Shown piece by piece: positions 9,290 through 18,127 of a stretch of DNA of 31,821 nucleotides; position 1 is the stretch's first letter; every line of letters starts with the position of its first letter. Made by a program: the position numbers and the translations under genes. A model generated the notes under the pieces. That model was not told where the DNA came from. It ran no database searches and saw nothing but the letters and a program-made list of their open reading frames with translations. Origin of the DNA: an uncultured Deinococcales bacterium (GTDB lineage Bacteria; Deinococcota; Deinococci; Deinococcales; JAAFIG01). The stretch lies in assembly GCA_964247135.1 (NCBI GenBank), contig CAXTTL010000027.1:1-31821 (forward strand), read 5' to 3'.

Positions 9290-9322
9290 CTCGAGCGACT
9301 GGATTTGTTAAGGGTCAATTAC
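9290..9322 (+). repeat. 33-bp exact direct repeat, copy 2 (relic GH20 3' end)
   Basis: Identical to 7274-7306; reads LERLDLLRVNY-RHG-stop versus LERLDLLRVNY-RK-stop in copy 1. Confidence 0.95.
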
Positions 9323-9474
9323 AGACACGGTTGAAACTTCATTTCGTGATATGCAGAAAAGAGATGTTTCGTTGTACATGAACCGAGTCCAAACCTGACA
9401 AGCAAACTTCCACGTGTTAAGCTTCATTACGGTGCTGACGCGCCGTGATTTTATTTTCGCGGCTCGAGCCTCTA

Positions 9475-9510
9475 TTGACAAACGTTTGCCCCAGGGTAAA
9501 CAGCTTGGAG
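9475..9510 (+). promoter_or_regulatory. Probable purA promoter and RBS
   Basis: TTGACA (9475-9480), TAAACA (9497-9502), GGAG (9507-9510). Confidence 0.5.
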
Positions 9511-9516
9511 TCAGAA

Positions 9517-10731
9517 ATGCCAGGAATTGCAATTATTGGCGCCCAGTGGGGCGATGAAGGCAAAGGAAAAGTCACGGATTTTCTCGCACCGGACGCGCAT
9601 TGGGTCGTGCGCTATCAGGGTGGCGCGAACGCTGGGCATACGATTGTGCTGCCCGATGTGACCTTTAAACTCAATCTCTTTCCTTCGGGCGCGGTGCGTC
9701 CTGGCGTCAAAATCGTGCTCGGTGACGGCATGGTGATTGACCCTTGGAAATTTAAAGACGAACTCAAATACCTGAGAGACCACGGTCTAAACCCAGAAGT
9801 TTACGTTTCAGACCGTGCGCATTTGGTTTTGCCGCATCACAAATTTGTTGACGGCAAGAACGATTTTGTTGGCACGACGGGGCGCGGCATCGGACCCGCC
9901 TATGCCGACCGCGCACGCCGCATTGGCGTGCGGGCGGGTGATCTCAGCGATGCCAACACCCTGCGCGAAAGGCTCGAGCGATTGATCGAAGCCAAACCCA
10001 ACAGCACGGCGGGCGTCAACTGGACGAGTGTCGATAAAGCCTATGTGGACATGGCAGAAGTCCGTGACATCATCTCGCCTTACGTGCGCGACACGGGCAC
10101 GATGCTGCGCGAGGCGCTGGCGCAAAACCAAAACGTCTTGTTTGAAGGCGCTCAAGCCACGCTGTTGGACCTCAATTACGGCACCTACCCTTACGTCACC
10201 TCGAGCCACCCGACTGTGGGCGGCGTGATCGTCGGGGCTGGCGTGAACCACAAGCACATCAACAAAGTCTACGGCGTGGCGAAAGCCTTCACCAGCCGCG
10301 TCGGACATGGACCGTTCCCGACCGAAGTCTTTGGCGACCTCGAGCATCGGTTGCGCGGCGAACGCGATGCTCCAGGTGCGGAGTACGGCACCACCACCGG
10401 TCGCCCAAGGCGCATGGGTTGGTTTGACACCAAACTGGTGCGTTACGCCAGCGAGGTCAACGGCTTTGATGGTTTGGCACTCACCAAACTCGATTTCTTG
10501 TCGGGCTTTGACACCGTCAAAATTGCCATCGACCACGACGAGCACGGCATGGCAATTCTCGAGGAGATGCCAGGTTGGGGCGATTTGACGGGGATTACCA
10601 AGCGCGAGAACCTGCCCAAGGAAGTCTTGCATTACATTGCCCGAATTGAAGAGCTGGTCAATTGCCCAGTGGCGATTTTTGGTACGGGGCAAGCTCGAGC
10701 CGAAACCTTTGGGCATGTCAGTTGGAGCTAA
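9517..10731 (+). CDS. purA: Adenylosuccinate synthetase
   Basis: GAQWGDEGKGK, RYQGGANAGHT, GTTGRGIGPAY, FEGAQ, GTYPYVTSS, GTTTGRPRR, LTKLD. Confidence 0.98.
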   Translation: MPGIAIIGAQWGDEGKGKVTDFLAPDAHWVVRYQGGANAGHTIVLPDVTFKLNLFPSGAVRPGVKIVLGDGMVIDPWKFKDELKYLRDHGLNPEVYVSDRAHLVLPHHKFVDGKNDFVGTTGRGIGPAYADRARRIGVRAGDLSDANTLRERLERLIEAKPNSTAGVNWTSVDKAYVDMAEVRDIISPYVRDTGTMLREALAQNQNVLFEGAQATLLDLNYGTYPYVTSSHPTVGGVIVGAGVNHKHINKVYGVAKAFTSRVGHGPFPTEVFGDLEHRLRGERDAPGAEYGTTTGRPRRMGWFDTKLVRYASEVNGFDGLALTKLDFLSGFDTVKIAIDHDEHGMAILEEMPGWGDLTGITKRENLPKEVLHYIARIEELVNCPVAIFGTGQARAETFGHVSWS

Positions 10732-10754
10732 AAAAGCTGTTCTGCGAACGTTTT

Positions 10755-10792
10755 TATGACTCGAGACTATAACCCTCGAGTCATATTTCTTT
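10755..10792 (+). terminator. Probable purA terminator whose stem is built from two CTCGAG sites
   Basis: TATGACTCGAG (10755-10765) and CTCGAGTCATA (10775-10785), followed by TTTCTTT. Confidence 0.65.
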
Positions 10793-10904
10793 ACAATGAC
10801 AAGCTGGGATTATCTTGAGGAATCCCTTGAGCTTTTGCTTATAAAAACTTGAGCTTCTCTTAACTCGAGAACAACACTCATGAAATTTGCGCTACGCTAC
10901 CCGC

Positions 10905-11474
10905 ATGAAAAGAATTTTCTTACTGGCTGGTCTGGCAATTGCGTTCTCTTCCTGCTTTCCGGTCTACCGCACGACTCGTCCCGAACCGGTCAACCCGCAA
11001 CCACAACCCATCCAACAACCGGCTCCGGTGGTTTCGGGCGGTATCACCATTTACATTTCGGCAGGCATTCAAGTCTCGAGGATCATCGGTGATTTCCAAC
11101 CGACCAAAGGCGTGGGCGCGACCTATGTCAACGGCGAGCGTTTGGTCTTGCGTGCCGACGTTGCCTACCCTGGTTACCTGACCTTGCTGATTTACAACCC
11201 GCAACAATACGACAATTCGGTTCTGACCAACATTCCAGTCCAAGCGGGTTTGAACCTGATCTCGCAGCTTCCAAACGGCGCCGGTGAGCTTGGCGTTGCA
11301 CCGCCCTTTGGCACGACCCGCATTCGCGCGATTTTCACCCCGCGCCCAATTGCTCAGGGTTCGTACCGTTGGGTCAGTGCGCAAAGCTTGAATAATCTGA
11401 CCGCACAACTTCTGAACCCTTACGACGTCGGCGAACGCGATTTTGCCGAAACCTATCTCAGGGTCGCACCTTAA
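10905..11474 (+). CDS. Lipoprotein with a DUF4384-like domain
   Basis: Lipobox FSS-C; Pro/Gln linker; G-A-T-Y-x-x-G-E...GYLTL...PPFGTTRIRAIFT pattern; TACGCT -10 box 6 nt upstream. Confidence 0.7.
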   Translation: MKRIFLLAGLAIAFSSCFPVYRTTRPEPVNPQPQPIQQPAPVVSGGITIYISAGIQVSRIIGDFQPTKGVGATYVNGERLVLRADVAYPGYLTLLIYNPQQYDNSVLTNIPVQAGLNLISQLPNGAGELGVAPPFGTTRIRAIFTPRPIAQGSYRWVSAQSLNNLTAQLLNPYDVGERDFAETYLRVAP

Positions 11475-11492
11475 AAGCCGAATCTCTCGAGC

Positions 11493-11523
11493 AAACCGCC
11501 CTCAAAAGGAGGGCGGTTTTTTT
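11493..11523 (+). terminator. Intrinsic terminator
   Basis: AAACCGCCCTC-AAAAG-GAGGGCGGTTT followed by a T run. Confidence 0.85.
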
Positions 11524-11576
11524 GAATGGTGCTTTGAAGATGTTTCGAGTATGGCTAAACAGGTCAGAATGAAAAT

Positions 11577-12425
11577 ATGGATTCGATGACTGGAAAAACC
11601 GTGCTCGTGACGGGCGCAACCAACGGAATAGGCTTTATCACCGCGCGAGAACTGGCAAAAATGGACGCCACCGTTTTGATGGTCGCTCGAGACGAAAAAA
11701 AGGGACGCGCCAAACTCGAGGAAATTCGCAAAACCGTACCCAACGCCAAACTCGAGTTGTTGCTGGCAGATTTGTCGAGCATGGCGAGCATCAGGCAACT
11801 TGGGACCAACATCACCGCCAAATACCCGAGCCTGGATGTGCTGGTGAACAACGCCGGCGCATTTTACAGTGATCGCAAAGTCAGCAAAGACGGTTTTGAA
11901 ATGACCTTCGCGCTCAATCATATCGGTTATTTTTTGCTGACCAATTTGCTCTTGGAAACACTGAAACGCGGCAAGAATGCCCGAATTGTCAGCGTCTCGA
12001 GCGGCGCACACTTGTCGGGCAAAATCAATTTCGATGACCTTCAGCTTGAGCACAAATTTAGTGGCTGGAACGCGTATTGTGCCAGCAAACTGATGAATGT
12101 CCTGTTCACCAAAGAACTGAGCCGCAGGCTGGCGGGAACCGGCGTGACCGCCAACTGTTTGCATCCTGGATTCGTCAACACCGGTTTTGCAGGAGACTCG
12201 AGCGACTTTTTTGGAAAGGCGCTCAATTTCGCCAAGAATTTTCTTGCCATCACCCCAGAAAAAGGGGCTGAGACCATGATTTACCTGTCCTCGAGCGCGG
12301 AAGTGGCGAACGTGACGGGCGAGTATTTTGAGAAGAAAAAAATTGCCAAAGTCAACCCAATCGCGCTCGACTCGAGCGTGGCGAAACGCTTGTGGGATAT
12401 CAGCGAGAAATTAACCGCAATTTAA
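11577..12425 (+). CDS. Short-chain dehydrogenase/reductase (retinol dehydrogenase-like)
   Basis: TGATNGIG, LVNNAG, YCASK (YxxxK), LHPGFVNT. Confidence 0.93.
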   Translation: MDSMTGKTVLVTGATNGIGFITARELAKMDATVLMVARDEKKGRAKLEEIRKTVPNAKLELLLADLSSMASIRQLGTNITAKYPSLDVLVNNAGAFYSDRKVSKDGFEMTFALNHIGYFLLTNLLLETLKRGKNARIVSVSSGAHLSGKINFDDLQLEHKFSGWNAYCASKLMNVLFTKELSRRLAGTGVTANCLHPGFVNTGFAGDSSDFFGKALNFAKNFLAITPEKGAETMIYLSSSAEVANVTGEYFEKKKIAKVNPIALDSSVAKRLWDISEKLTAI

Positions 12426-12430
12426 AAATT

Positions 12431-12471
12431 GTAGGGGATGGTGTAGGAGGTGGTCTCAGACCATCCCCTAC
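12431..12471. repeat. GTAG-type REP-like palindrome between convergent genes
   Basis: GTAGGGGATGGT...ACCATCCCCTAC perfect 12-bp arms, with a second variant left arm GTAGGAGGTGGT inside. Confidence 0.7.
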
Positions 12472-12478
12472 GGTTATT

Positions 12479-14650
12479 TCACCGTTTCTGACGGGTTTTC
12501 CAAAAGTTCAACAAACCCTCAAGCGCCAATGGTTCGTTTTGTGGCGCAAGTTTTCCGGCTTGGTCTTTGTCGGACAAACCATGACAGGAGGTACAGACTC
12601 GCACCTCGCCAGGTTGGAAACTGAGCCAGTAGCGTTCTCGCACCACGCCCGTACCTGCGCCGTCGGTGAGTTGCCAGGACAAGGCTCGAGTGGCGGGCAC
12701 AAACGCGGCGAATGAACCGTCGCTTGCCACTTTGACGCTGTTGGGTACGCCCGTATTGCTTGGGTTGCTCGAGACTGCGGCAGCGTCGTGAAGTGGTTGT
12801 GCCAACACGCGTCGTCCGTCTCGAGGTGTGCTTGTGCCGCCAAGCCCACGGATCAAATCGCCTTGAAAGAATTGCAGGTTGGTCACATCGTAAACCTTAT
12901 CGCCCGCTTTGAAGCTCGAGGAGACGGTTTTCACGCCGCCTGGAACTTGCAGGTTAAACGGTTGTTGCTTGTCGAGGTCGTCTCGGGTGGTGACGTTACG
13001 CCCAACCAGCAACGCCAGGTTGTTTTGCTTTAAATAGGTTTTCAGATTCTCGAGCGTGACCCCTGTTTTGCTAAAAACATTCTGCTCGGGTTGAGGCAGT
13101 GGCGTTGTGGTCACATTTGGTCGAACTCGAGCACGCAATTCGGTGGGTTGCAGTTCCCAGAGCGTGCCATCAAATTCGAGTTTGGAATCTGGATTCCACC
13201 AACTGACTTTCTTTTGAATGCCTGCGGTGAGCGCTGTCGTGGCTTTAAAAACACCGCCTGTTTTCTCGAGTTTGCGCAACCTGAAATCGTAAACGGATTT
13301 GTTCGGGTCGTACTCGCCGTGGGTTTCAAAGGTGTGCGCGGCAATCAGATCGCCGCTCGAGAGCATCAGCGGGTCGCGGTAATGCCCTGAGTCGTTGGCG
13401 CTGGGTTGCGCGGTTGGTTCGACCACATCTCGGGTGTCGCGGTGCGTGATGTACTGAACGATTGCCGTTTCGGGGCTTTGGCTTGGCGGTGCGGACAATG
13501 CCACGACTTGCCCGCTGCCGTGCGAGTAAAACTCTGGCGCGTCGATGCCGTAATACATGCCTGGGGTGTTCGGGTCTTCCTTGATTTGCAAGAAATTCTC
13601 GATTGGGTTTGGATTGACCCTCGGGTACTGCTGGTAATACTCGGTGATAAGCGGATCATCGTTGCGTCCGCTGCCCAAGTACGAATGCAGTTCGTGCCGT
13701 CCAAGGTGGTTGATGACCTCAGATTCGGTGCCGTCCTGGTTCATCGTCCACGGAAAAAACTGATTGAAAGTGTGTGGATTGAACGGCGAATTGGCAGGCA
13801 AAGCTTGTGCCACTCGAGGTTCAGGATAAATTTCAGTTCTCGAGGTGGCTTTGGCAGTCACGGCTTCGGATTCGTAATTGAACGTGCCGTAAGTTCCAGC
13901 CTCGTAGGTATCGGTATCGGCTTGCTGGTCGCGTTGCAAATGATCCCATTGGGTAAAAAGCAGTCGCCCGAAACTGTCCACAAACGGCGTGAAGTCACCG
14001 CTTGGCGCGTGGTTGAGGATTTTCAAATTGCCAGTGCTGGCATCCAGACTCCATAGCCCAGAAACCACGGGCGCCTCCTCGTACTCGTCGCGTTGCGGGT
14101 ACAAATGCGCACTGCCATCTCGAGGGCGGTCGGTGGTGAAAATGATGCGGTCATCCGAGCCGTAAATTGGCGAGACATTGTTGTACGCGGGTTGATTGGG
14201 GACTTTGGTGATGACTGGCGTTTGGCTCGGCTCGAGGTTGCTGATTTCATACAACTGCCAGCGCGTGGTTGGCTCTGTGTATTGTTCGGTGGGCGCTCCA
14301 ACCACCATCGAAAAAATGATTTTCTTACCGTCCCAGGAGGGGCTGGGGTCGCGCACCGCAATCGCGTTCGCGCCTTGCAAACCGTCCATACCGTAACCTG
14401 CGGCTTTGGTCAGGTTTTTCAGGCTGCCGTCAGGGTAGCGAATCCACAAATCCCCACCTCGAGGCACGGCTTGAATCTCTGAACGTTGATTGCCAAAAAC
14501 GCTGGCGATGGTGGTGAAGTCATCACGTATGGGGACTTGGGTGACAAAAACGATGCCGTTGCTGGTTTTGGAAATCGGGTTGATCGGTGCGGAAGCCGCA
14601 CAAGCCGTCACGCCAATCAAGAGCATCAAGCCAACTCGAGTTACGGTCAT
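12479..14650 (-). CDS. HzsA-related (hydrazine synthase alpha-like) beta-propeller lipoprotein with a C-terminal heme-c motif
   Basis: Lipobox VTA-C; propeller-like repeats (DPSPSWDGKKIIFS, SPIYGSDDRIIFTTDR, GRLLFTQWDH); C-terminal DGSFAAFVPA...WQLTD...FQPGEVRVCTSCHG (CxxCH). Confidence 0.7.
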   Translation of the reverse strand: MTVTRVGLMLLIGVTACAASAPINPISKTSNGIVFVTQVPIRDDFTTIASVFGNQRSEIQAVPRGGDLWIRYPDGSLKNLTKAAGYGMDGLQGANAIAVRDPSPSWDGKKIIFSMVVGAPTEQYTEPTTRWQLYEISNLEPSQTPVITKVPNQPAYNNVSPIYGSDDRIIFTTDRPRDGSAHLYPQRDEYEEAPVVSGLWSLDASTGNLKILNHAPSGDFTPFVDSFGRLLFTQWDHLQRDQQADTDTYEAGTYGTFNYESEAVTAKATSRTEIYPEPRVAQALPANSPFNPHTFNQFFPWTMNQDGTESEVINHLGRHELHSYLGSGRNDDPLITEYYQQYPRVNPNPIENFLQIKEDPNTPGMYYGIDAPEFYSHGSGQVVALSAPPSQSPETAIVQYITHRDTRDVVEPTAQPSANDSGHYRDPLMLSSGDLIAAHTFETHGEYDPNKSVYDFRLRKLEKTGGVFKATTALTAGIQKKVSWWNPDSKLEFDGTLWELQPTELRARVRPNVTTTPLPQPEQNVFSKTGVTLENLKTYLKQNNLALLVGRNVTTRDDLDKQQPFNLQVPGGVKTVSSSFKAGDKVYDVTNLQFFQGDLIRGLGGTSTPRDGRRVLAQPLHDAAAVSSNPSNTGVPNSVKVASDGSFAAFVPATRALSWQLTDGAGTGVVRERYWLSFQPGEVRVCTSCHGLSDKDQAGKLAPQNEPLALEGLLNFWKTRQKR

Positions 14651-14717
14651 GGTTCAGTTTAGAACGGCTGGTAAAAATCTAGCGTTCATTCTCAAAAAAC
14701 CTTCTGAGGCTCGAGTT

Positions 14718-15656
14718 TTACGAGAACACAACAAGCGGCAGGTAACAACTGACCACCCAGTTTGGCATGTCCACGACTTCCGAAATTCTTAAATCACACG
14801 CCACGCTGCATAGCGCATACGCGTCCTTCGGCTCGAGTTTGTACGTCCGAACCATGTGGTCAATCATGGCTCGAGTGGCGTCTTTGGCGGCGAGCATCAA
14901 ATCTGGCGCGACGCCCGTGGTGGCATAATACCCTTTTTCGTCGTGGTGTCGCGTGACCGGACCACTGGTTTGAAACTGTGGACTTGGCAGGTTGCGCCCT
15001 TTCTCGAGACCAAATTTGAGAACCACGTTCATGGGGCTTTCGATGGCAGTGCCGCAAACCTCGCCGTCACCTTGGGCGGCGTGGGTGTCACCAACCGAAA
15101 ACAGTGCGCCAGGAACATCCACAGGCAAGTACAGGGTACTGCCAGCGCTCAAATCCCGAATGTCTAAATTTCCACCCACCCGACGCGGCGGCACGACGCT
15201 GTGATGCCCCACTTCGGCGGGCGCAACCCCAATCACGCCCGTGAACGGCTTGATTGGCACGCTCGCCAGTCCAGGCAGAAAATGCGCCACTCGAGCGTCA
15301 TGCTCGGAAATGACCAAATGCGGGTCTGGGAATTCGTCCGCCAACAAGCCAAACCCAGGAATCAACGCCGTCCAACCCCAACCTGAGGTTTTAAACTCGA
15401 GCAACTCGACTTTCAGGGCATCGCCTGGTTCTGCGCCCTCAATAAAAATTGGACCTGTGACAGGGTTGACATTGCCAAAATCCAAATTGATCAAATCATT
15501 TATTCCACTCGAGCGACTGAACTGCCCGCCACCCGCGTCCAAAATCTCAAACTCGAGCGTCGTGCCAGGCGTGATTCGGTGCGCTGGCGGCAAGGTGTTG
15601 TCCCAACCCAGGTGGTGCGAGTGAATGGTTTGCCAATGATGATGATGGTCGCTCAT
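14718..15656 (-). CDS. Acetamidase/formamidase family protein
   Basis: NPVTGPIFIEGAEPGD, GGNLD, GDTHAAQGDGEVCGTAIE, SEVVD. Confidence 0.93.
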   Translation of the reverse strand: MSDHHHHWQTIHSHHLGWDNTLPPAHRITPGTTLEFEILDAGGGQFSRSSGINDLINLDFGNVNPVTGPIFIEGAEPGDALKVELLEFKTSGWGWTALIPGFGLLADEFPDPHLVISEHDARVAHFLPGLASVPIKPFTGVIGVAPAEVGHHSVVPPRRVGGNLDIRDLSAGSTLYLPVDVPGALFSVGDTHAAQGDGEVCGTAIESPMNVVLKFGLEKGRNLPSPQFQTSGPVTRHHDEKGYYATTGVAPDLMLAAKDATRAMIDHMVRTYKLEPKDAYALCSVACDLRISEVVDMPNWVVSCYLPLVVFS

Positions 15657-15692
15657 GGGATTCCTTTTTGGTTTGGGTGATTGCGCTCGCCA

Positions 15693-15866
15693 CCCTCATC
15701 CCCGACCCTTCTCCCGCTGGCGGGAGAAGGGAGTTTTGGTCATTTCTCGAGAGGCAAAATAATTTTGTTTTAAACCCTCTTTCGCGGAGTGAGAGAGGGT
15801 GACGAGCCTCGGCGAGCGCCCCAAGCCCGTTAGGTGCTGCTGTAAGGGCAAGAAGTCGGGTGAGAG
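15693..15866. repeat. Pair of BoxC-like pyrimidine/purine palindromic elements in opposite orientation
   Basis: CCCTCATCCCCGA-CCCTTCTCCCGC-TG-GCGGGAGAAGGG (15693-15731) and CCCTCTTTCGC-GGA-GTGAGAGAGGG...GTCGGGTGAGAG (15775-15866). Confidence 0.6.
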
Positions 15867-15911
15867 TTTATGTGCGAAGTTTCATTCCATTTTCAATTGA
15901 ATTCGATGCTC

Positions 15912-15940
15912 GAGAGGGCGCATTTCCATGCGTCCCTACG
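15912..15940 (-). repeat. GTAG-type REP-like palindrome
   Basis: Minus strand reads CGTAGGGACGCAT-GGAA-ATGCGCCCT, immediately after the SBP stop codon. Confidence 0.6.
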
Positions 15941-15942
15941 AT

Positions 15943-17580
15943 TTATTTGGTGCTTAAACGCTCGTAAGCAATGTTGTGAATCGGGTCAATCAAATCTGTT
16001 GGTGCGCCCACCAGTTTGTCGCTGTGCATGGTGTAACGCACTTCGTTGAACATCGGAACCCAAACGCTTTGATCCATCAGTTTCTTGTAGAGTTTTTTGT
16101 ACTGCTCGAGCCTCGCGCCGCGCATTTCGGATGCGGTCATCTGGTCGGCTTTGGATGCGATAGCGTCGAGGGCTTTGTTGCAGGTGAAGGGCCAGTTCCA
16201 ACCACCTTGGACGGCGCTGCGGCAGCTTAAGATGGGCCAGTAAAAATCGCTCGGGTCTGGGTAATCTTGCGTCCATCCCATGCCACCCGACCAGACGAGC
16301 GGCGCGGTTTTGGGTGTGCCTGCGGCTTCGATCACGGTGCTGGCGGCTTGGGATTTCAATTCGATTTTGATGCCGACGGCGGCGAGGTCTTGTTGGATGC
16401 TTTGCGCGATGCGTGGGTTTGGGTCGGTGGAGTTGGTGTAGAGGGTGCTCGAGAAGCCTTTGCTCAAGCCGGCGGCTTTCAGCAGCGCTTTGGCTTTTTC
16501 GGGATTAAATTCATAACCCTTGTAGCTCGAGTCGTAGCCTGGCATTTTGGGCGGCAGAATTTGGTTGGCGATCAAACCGCGTCCGTTGATGATTTTCAAA
16601 ACTTTTTTCTTGTCGATGGCGTATTGCAGCGCTTGACGCACGCGCAGGTCGTTGAAGGGTTTGATGTTGGTATTTATTGACACGTAGGTCGTGTTGGCGA
16701 GAGCGGTGCTGACGATCAAGCTCTTGAGTTTGGGGTCAGCCTGGGCTTGCAAAAAATTTGCTGGTGCAATGCCATCACCGAGCAAATCGACCTCGCCGCG
16801 TTGCAATGCCAGGTACGCCACGCTGGGGTCTTGCCCGACTTTGATGTTGACCGTCTCGAGTTTGGGCAGGTCTTTGATGAAGTAATTTGGGTTGCGTTTG
16901 AACATCAGTTCTTGCCCCGTCGTCCAAGACTCGAGCGTGAACGGTCCGCTGCCGACGGGTTTGCGTCCCCAATCTGCGCCGGCTTTTTCGACTTCCTCTT
17001 TGGGAACAATAAACGCAAAGTTTGTGGCGAGCACGTTCAAAAATGCGGCATTGGGTTGCGACAGCGTGACTTTGACCGAGTTGGCGTTAATGACTTTGAC
17101 ACCGCTCAAGTCTTTCGCTTTGCCGCTCGAGAAGGCGTCAGAACCCGCAATATCGGCAAAAAATCCTGCGCCTGGGCTTTTGGTTTTCGGGTCAAGCACA
17201 CGCTCGAGGGTGTATTTGATGTCATCGGCGACCAGTTCGCGTCCGTTGGTGAATTTGATGCCCTTGCGAATCTGGAAGGTGTACGATTTGCCGCCGTCGC
17301 CGACTTTGGGCATGGCTGCCGCAATGCGAGGCTCGAGGTCGGCGGTGCCTGGTTTGTAATCCAGCAAAGCATCGAAGACCATTTTGATGGCGGGCCAGTT
17401 CTGCCAGTCGTAGCCCACCTGCGGGTCGAGCGTGGCGAGGTCGTCTTTGTAGGCGATGACCATGCCACCTTTGGCGGGCGATTGCGCCAGGGCGAAGGTT
17501 GCCGCGACAACCGTGACGCCCAGACCAACCAATGCTCGAGCGACGGATTTTGGAACCCTGTTCTTTGAAACCTTGTTCAT
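15943..17580 (-). CDS. ABC transporter substrate-binding protein, family 5 (DppA/OppA-like)
   Basis: Signal peptide (ALA-Q); TLDP, FDALLDY, YTFQIRKGIKFTNG, PVGSGPF, DLRVRQAL, WTQDYPDP; GGAGG RBS. Confidence 0.93.
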   Translation of the reverse strand: MNKVSKNRVPKSVARALVGLGVTVVAATFALAQSPAKGGMVIAYKDDLATLDPQVGYDWQNWPAIKMVFDALLDYKPGTADLEPRIAAAMPKVGDGGKSYTFQIRKGIKFTNGRELVADDIKYTLERVLDPKTKSPGAGFFADIAGSDAFSSGKAKDLSGVKVINANSVKVTLSQPNAAFLNVLATNFAFIVPKEEVEKAGADWGRKPVGSGPFTLESWTTGQELMFKRNPNYFIKDLPKLETVNIKVGQDPSVAYLALQRGEVDLLGDGIAPANFLQAQADPKLKSLIVSTALANTTYVSINTNIKPFNDLRVRQALQYAIDKKKVLKIINGRGLIANQILPPKMPGYDSSYKGYEFNPEKAKALLKAAGLSKGFSSTLYTNSTDPNPRIAQSIQQDLAAVGIKIELKSQAASTVIEAAGTPKTAPLVWSGGMGWTQDYPDPSDFYWPILSCRSAVQGGWNWPFTCNKALDAIASKADQMTASEMRGARLEQYKKLYKKLMDQSVWVPMFNEVRYTMHSDKLVGAPTDLIDPIHNIAYERLSTK

Positions 17581-17596
17581 ACGAACCTCCTGTGAA

Positions 17597-18118
17597 TCAC
17601 GTGGTTAAGTTTTTGCGAATCAGGCGAATCTGTCCTCGGTGGTTGATTTCGTCTTCAAAAACATGAAACCAGCACCAGTAATGGTTTGCCATGCGGGTGT
17701 CGTTGAAATGAAATTCTTGATGCAGCCAAGCATCATCTAACGTTCGGAATTTCTCGAGTGTCACATCACGAACGGTTTGAAGTTGCTCGAGGTAATGCTC
17801 GAGTGGCTCGCCCGAAATTTCTTTGGCGCGTTCACCCAGATCGAGTGCCGCAAGCCAAGGCGCGAGTTCGGGGTCGTCATCCTCGAGCCGACGGTTTTCA
17901 AAGGTTCGGGCTTGATAAAAAAATTCGACGGCGGCAAAATGTGCGAGCAGCGCCCCAATGGAATTGCCAAAACCTGCTGGCACCGTATTGAGTTGTTCAA
18001 CGCTCAAATCCTTGACTGCCCGTAAAGTGGTGGCTCGAGCATAATTCATCATCGACACCAGCCGTCCGATGTGCGGCGTAAAACCTGGTAAGTCTTTGAC
18101 CAAATAAACTGCGTCCAT
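17597..18118 (-). CDS. DinB/YfiT family metal-dependent protein
   Basis: NSIGALLAH...HVFEDEINHRGQI; GGAG RBS. Confidence 0.85.
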   Translation of the reverse strand: MDAVYLVKDLPGFTPHIGRLVSMMNYARATTLRAVKDLSVEQLNTVPAGFGNSIGALLAHFAAVEFFYQARTFENRRLEDDDPELAPWLAALDLGERAKEISGEPLEHYLEQLQTVRDVTLEKFRTLDDAWLHQEFHFNDTRMANHYWCWFHVFEDEINHRGQIRLIRKNLTT

Positions 18119-18127
18119 AATTCCTCC

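Noticed and set aside
9323-9474. Possible purine riboswitch upstream of purA
   Set aside because: No recognisable aptamer consensus, and the predicted promoter leaves only a very short leader
9808-10716. 302-aa minus-strand ORF
   Set aside because: Antisense shadow of purA
12479-14650. Anammox metabolism
   Set aside because: Only an HzsA-like fold with one CxxCH; no hzsB/C or multiheme HAO-type genes in the window
16747-17568. 273-aa plus-strand ORF
   Set aside because: Antisense shadow of the ABC substrate-binding gene
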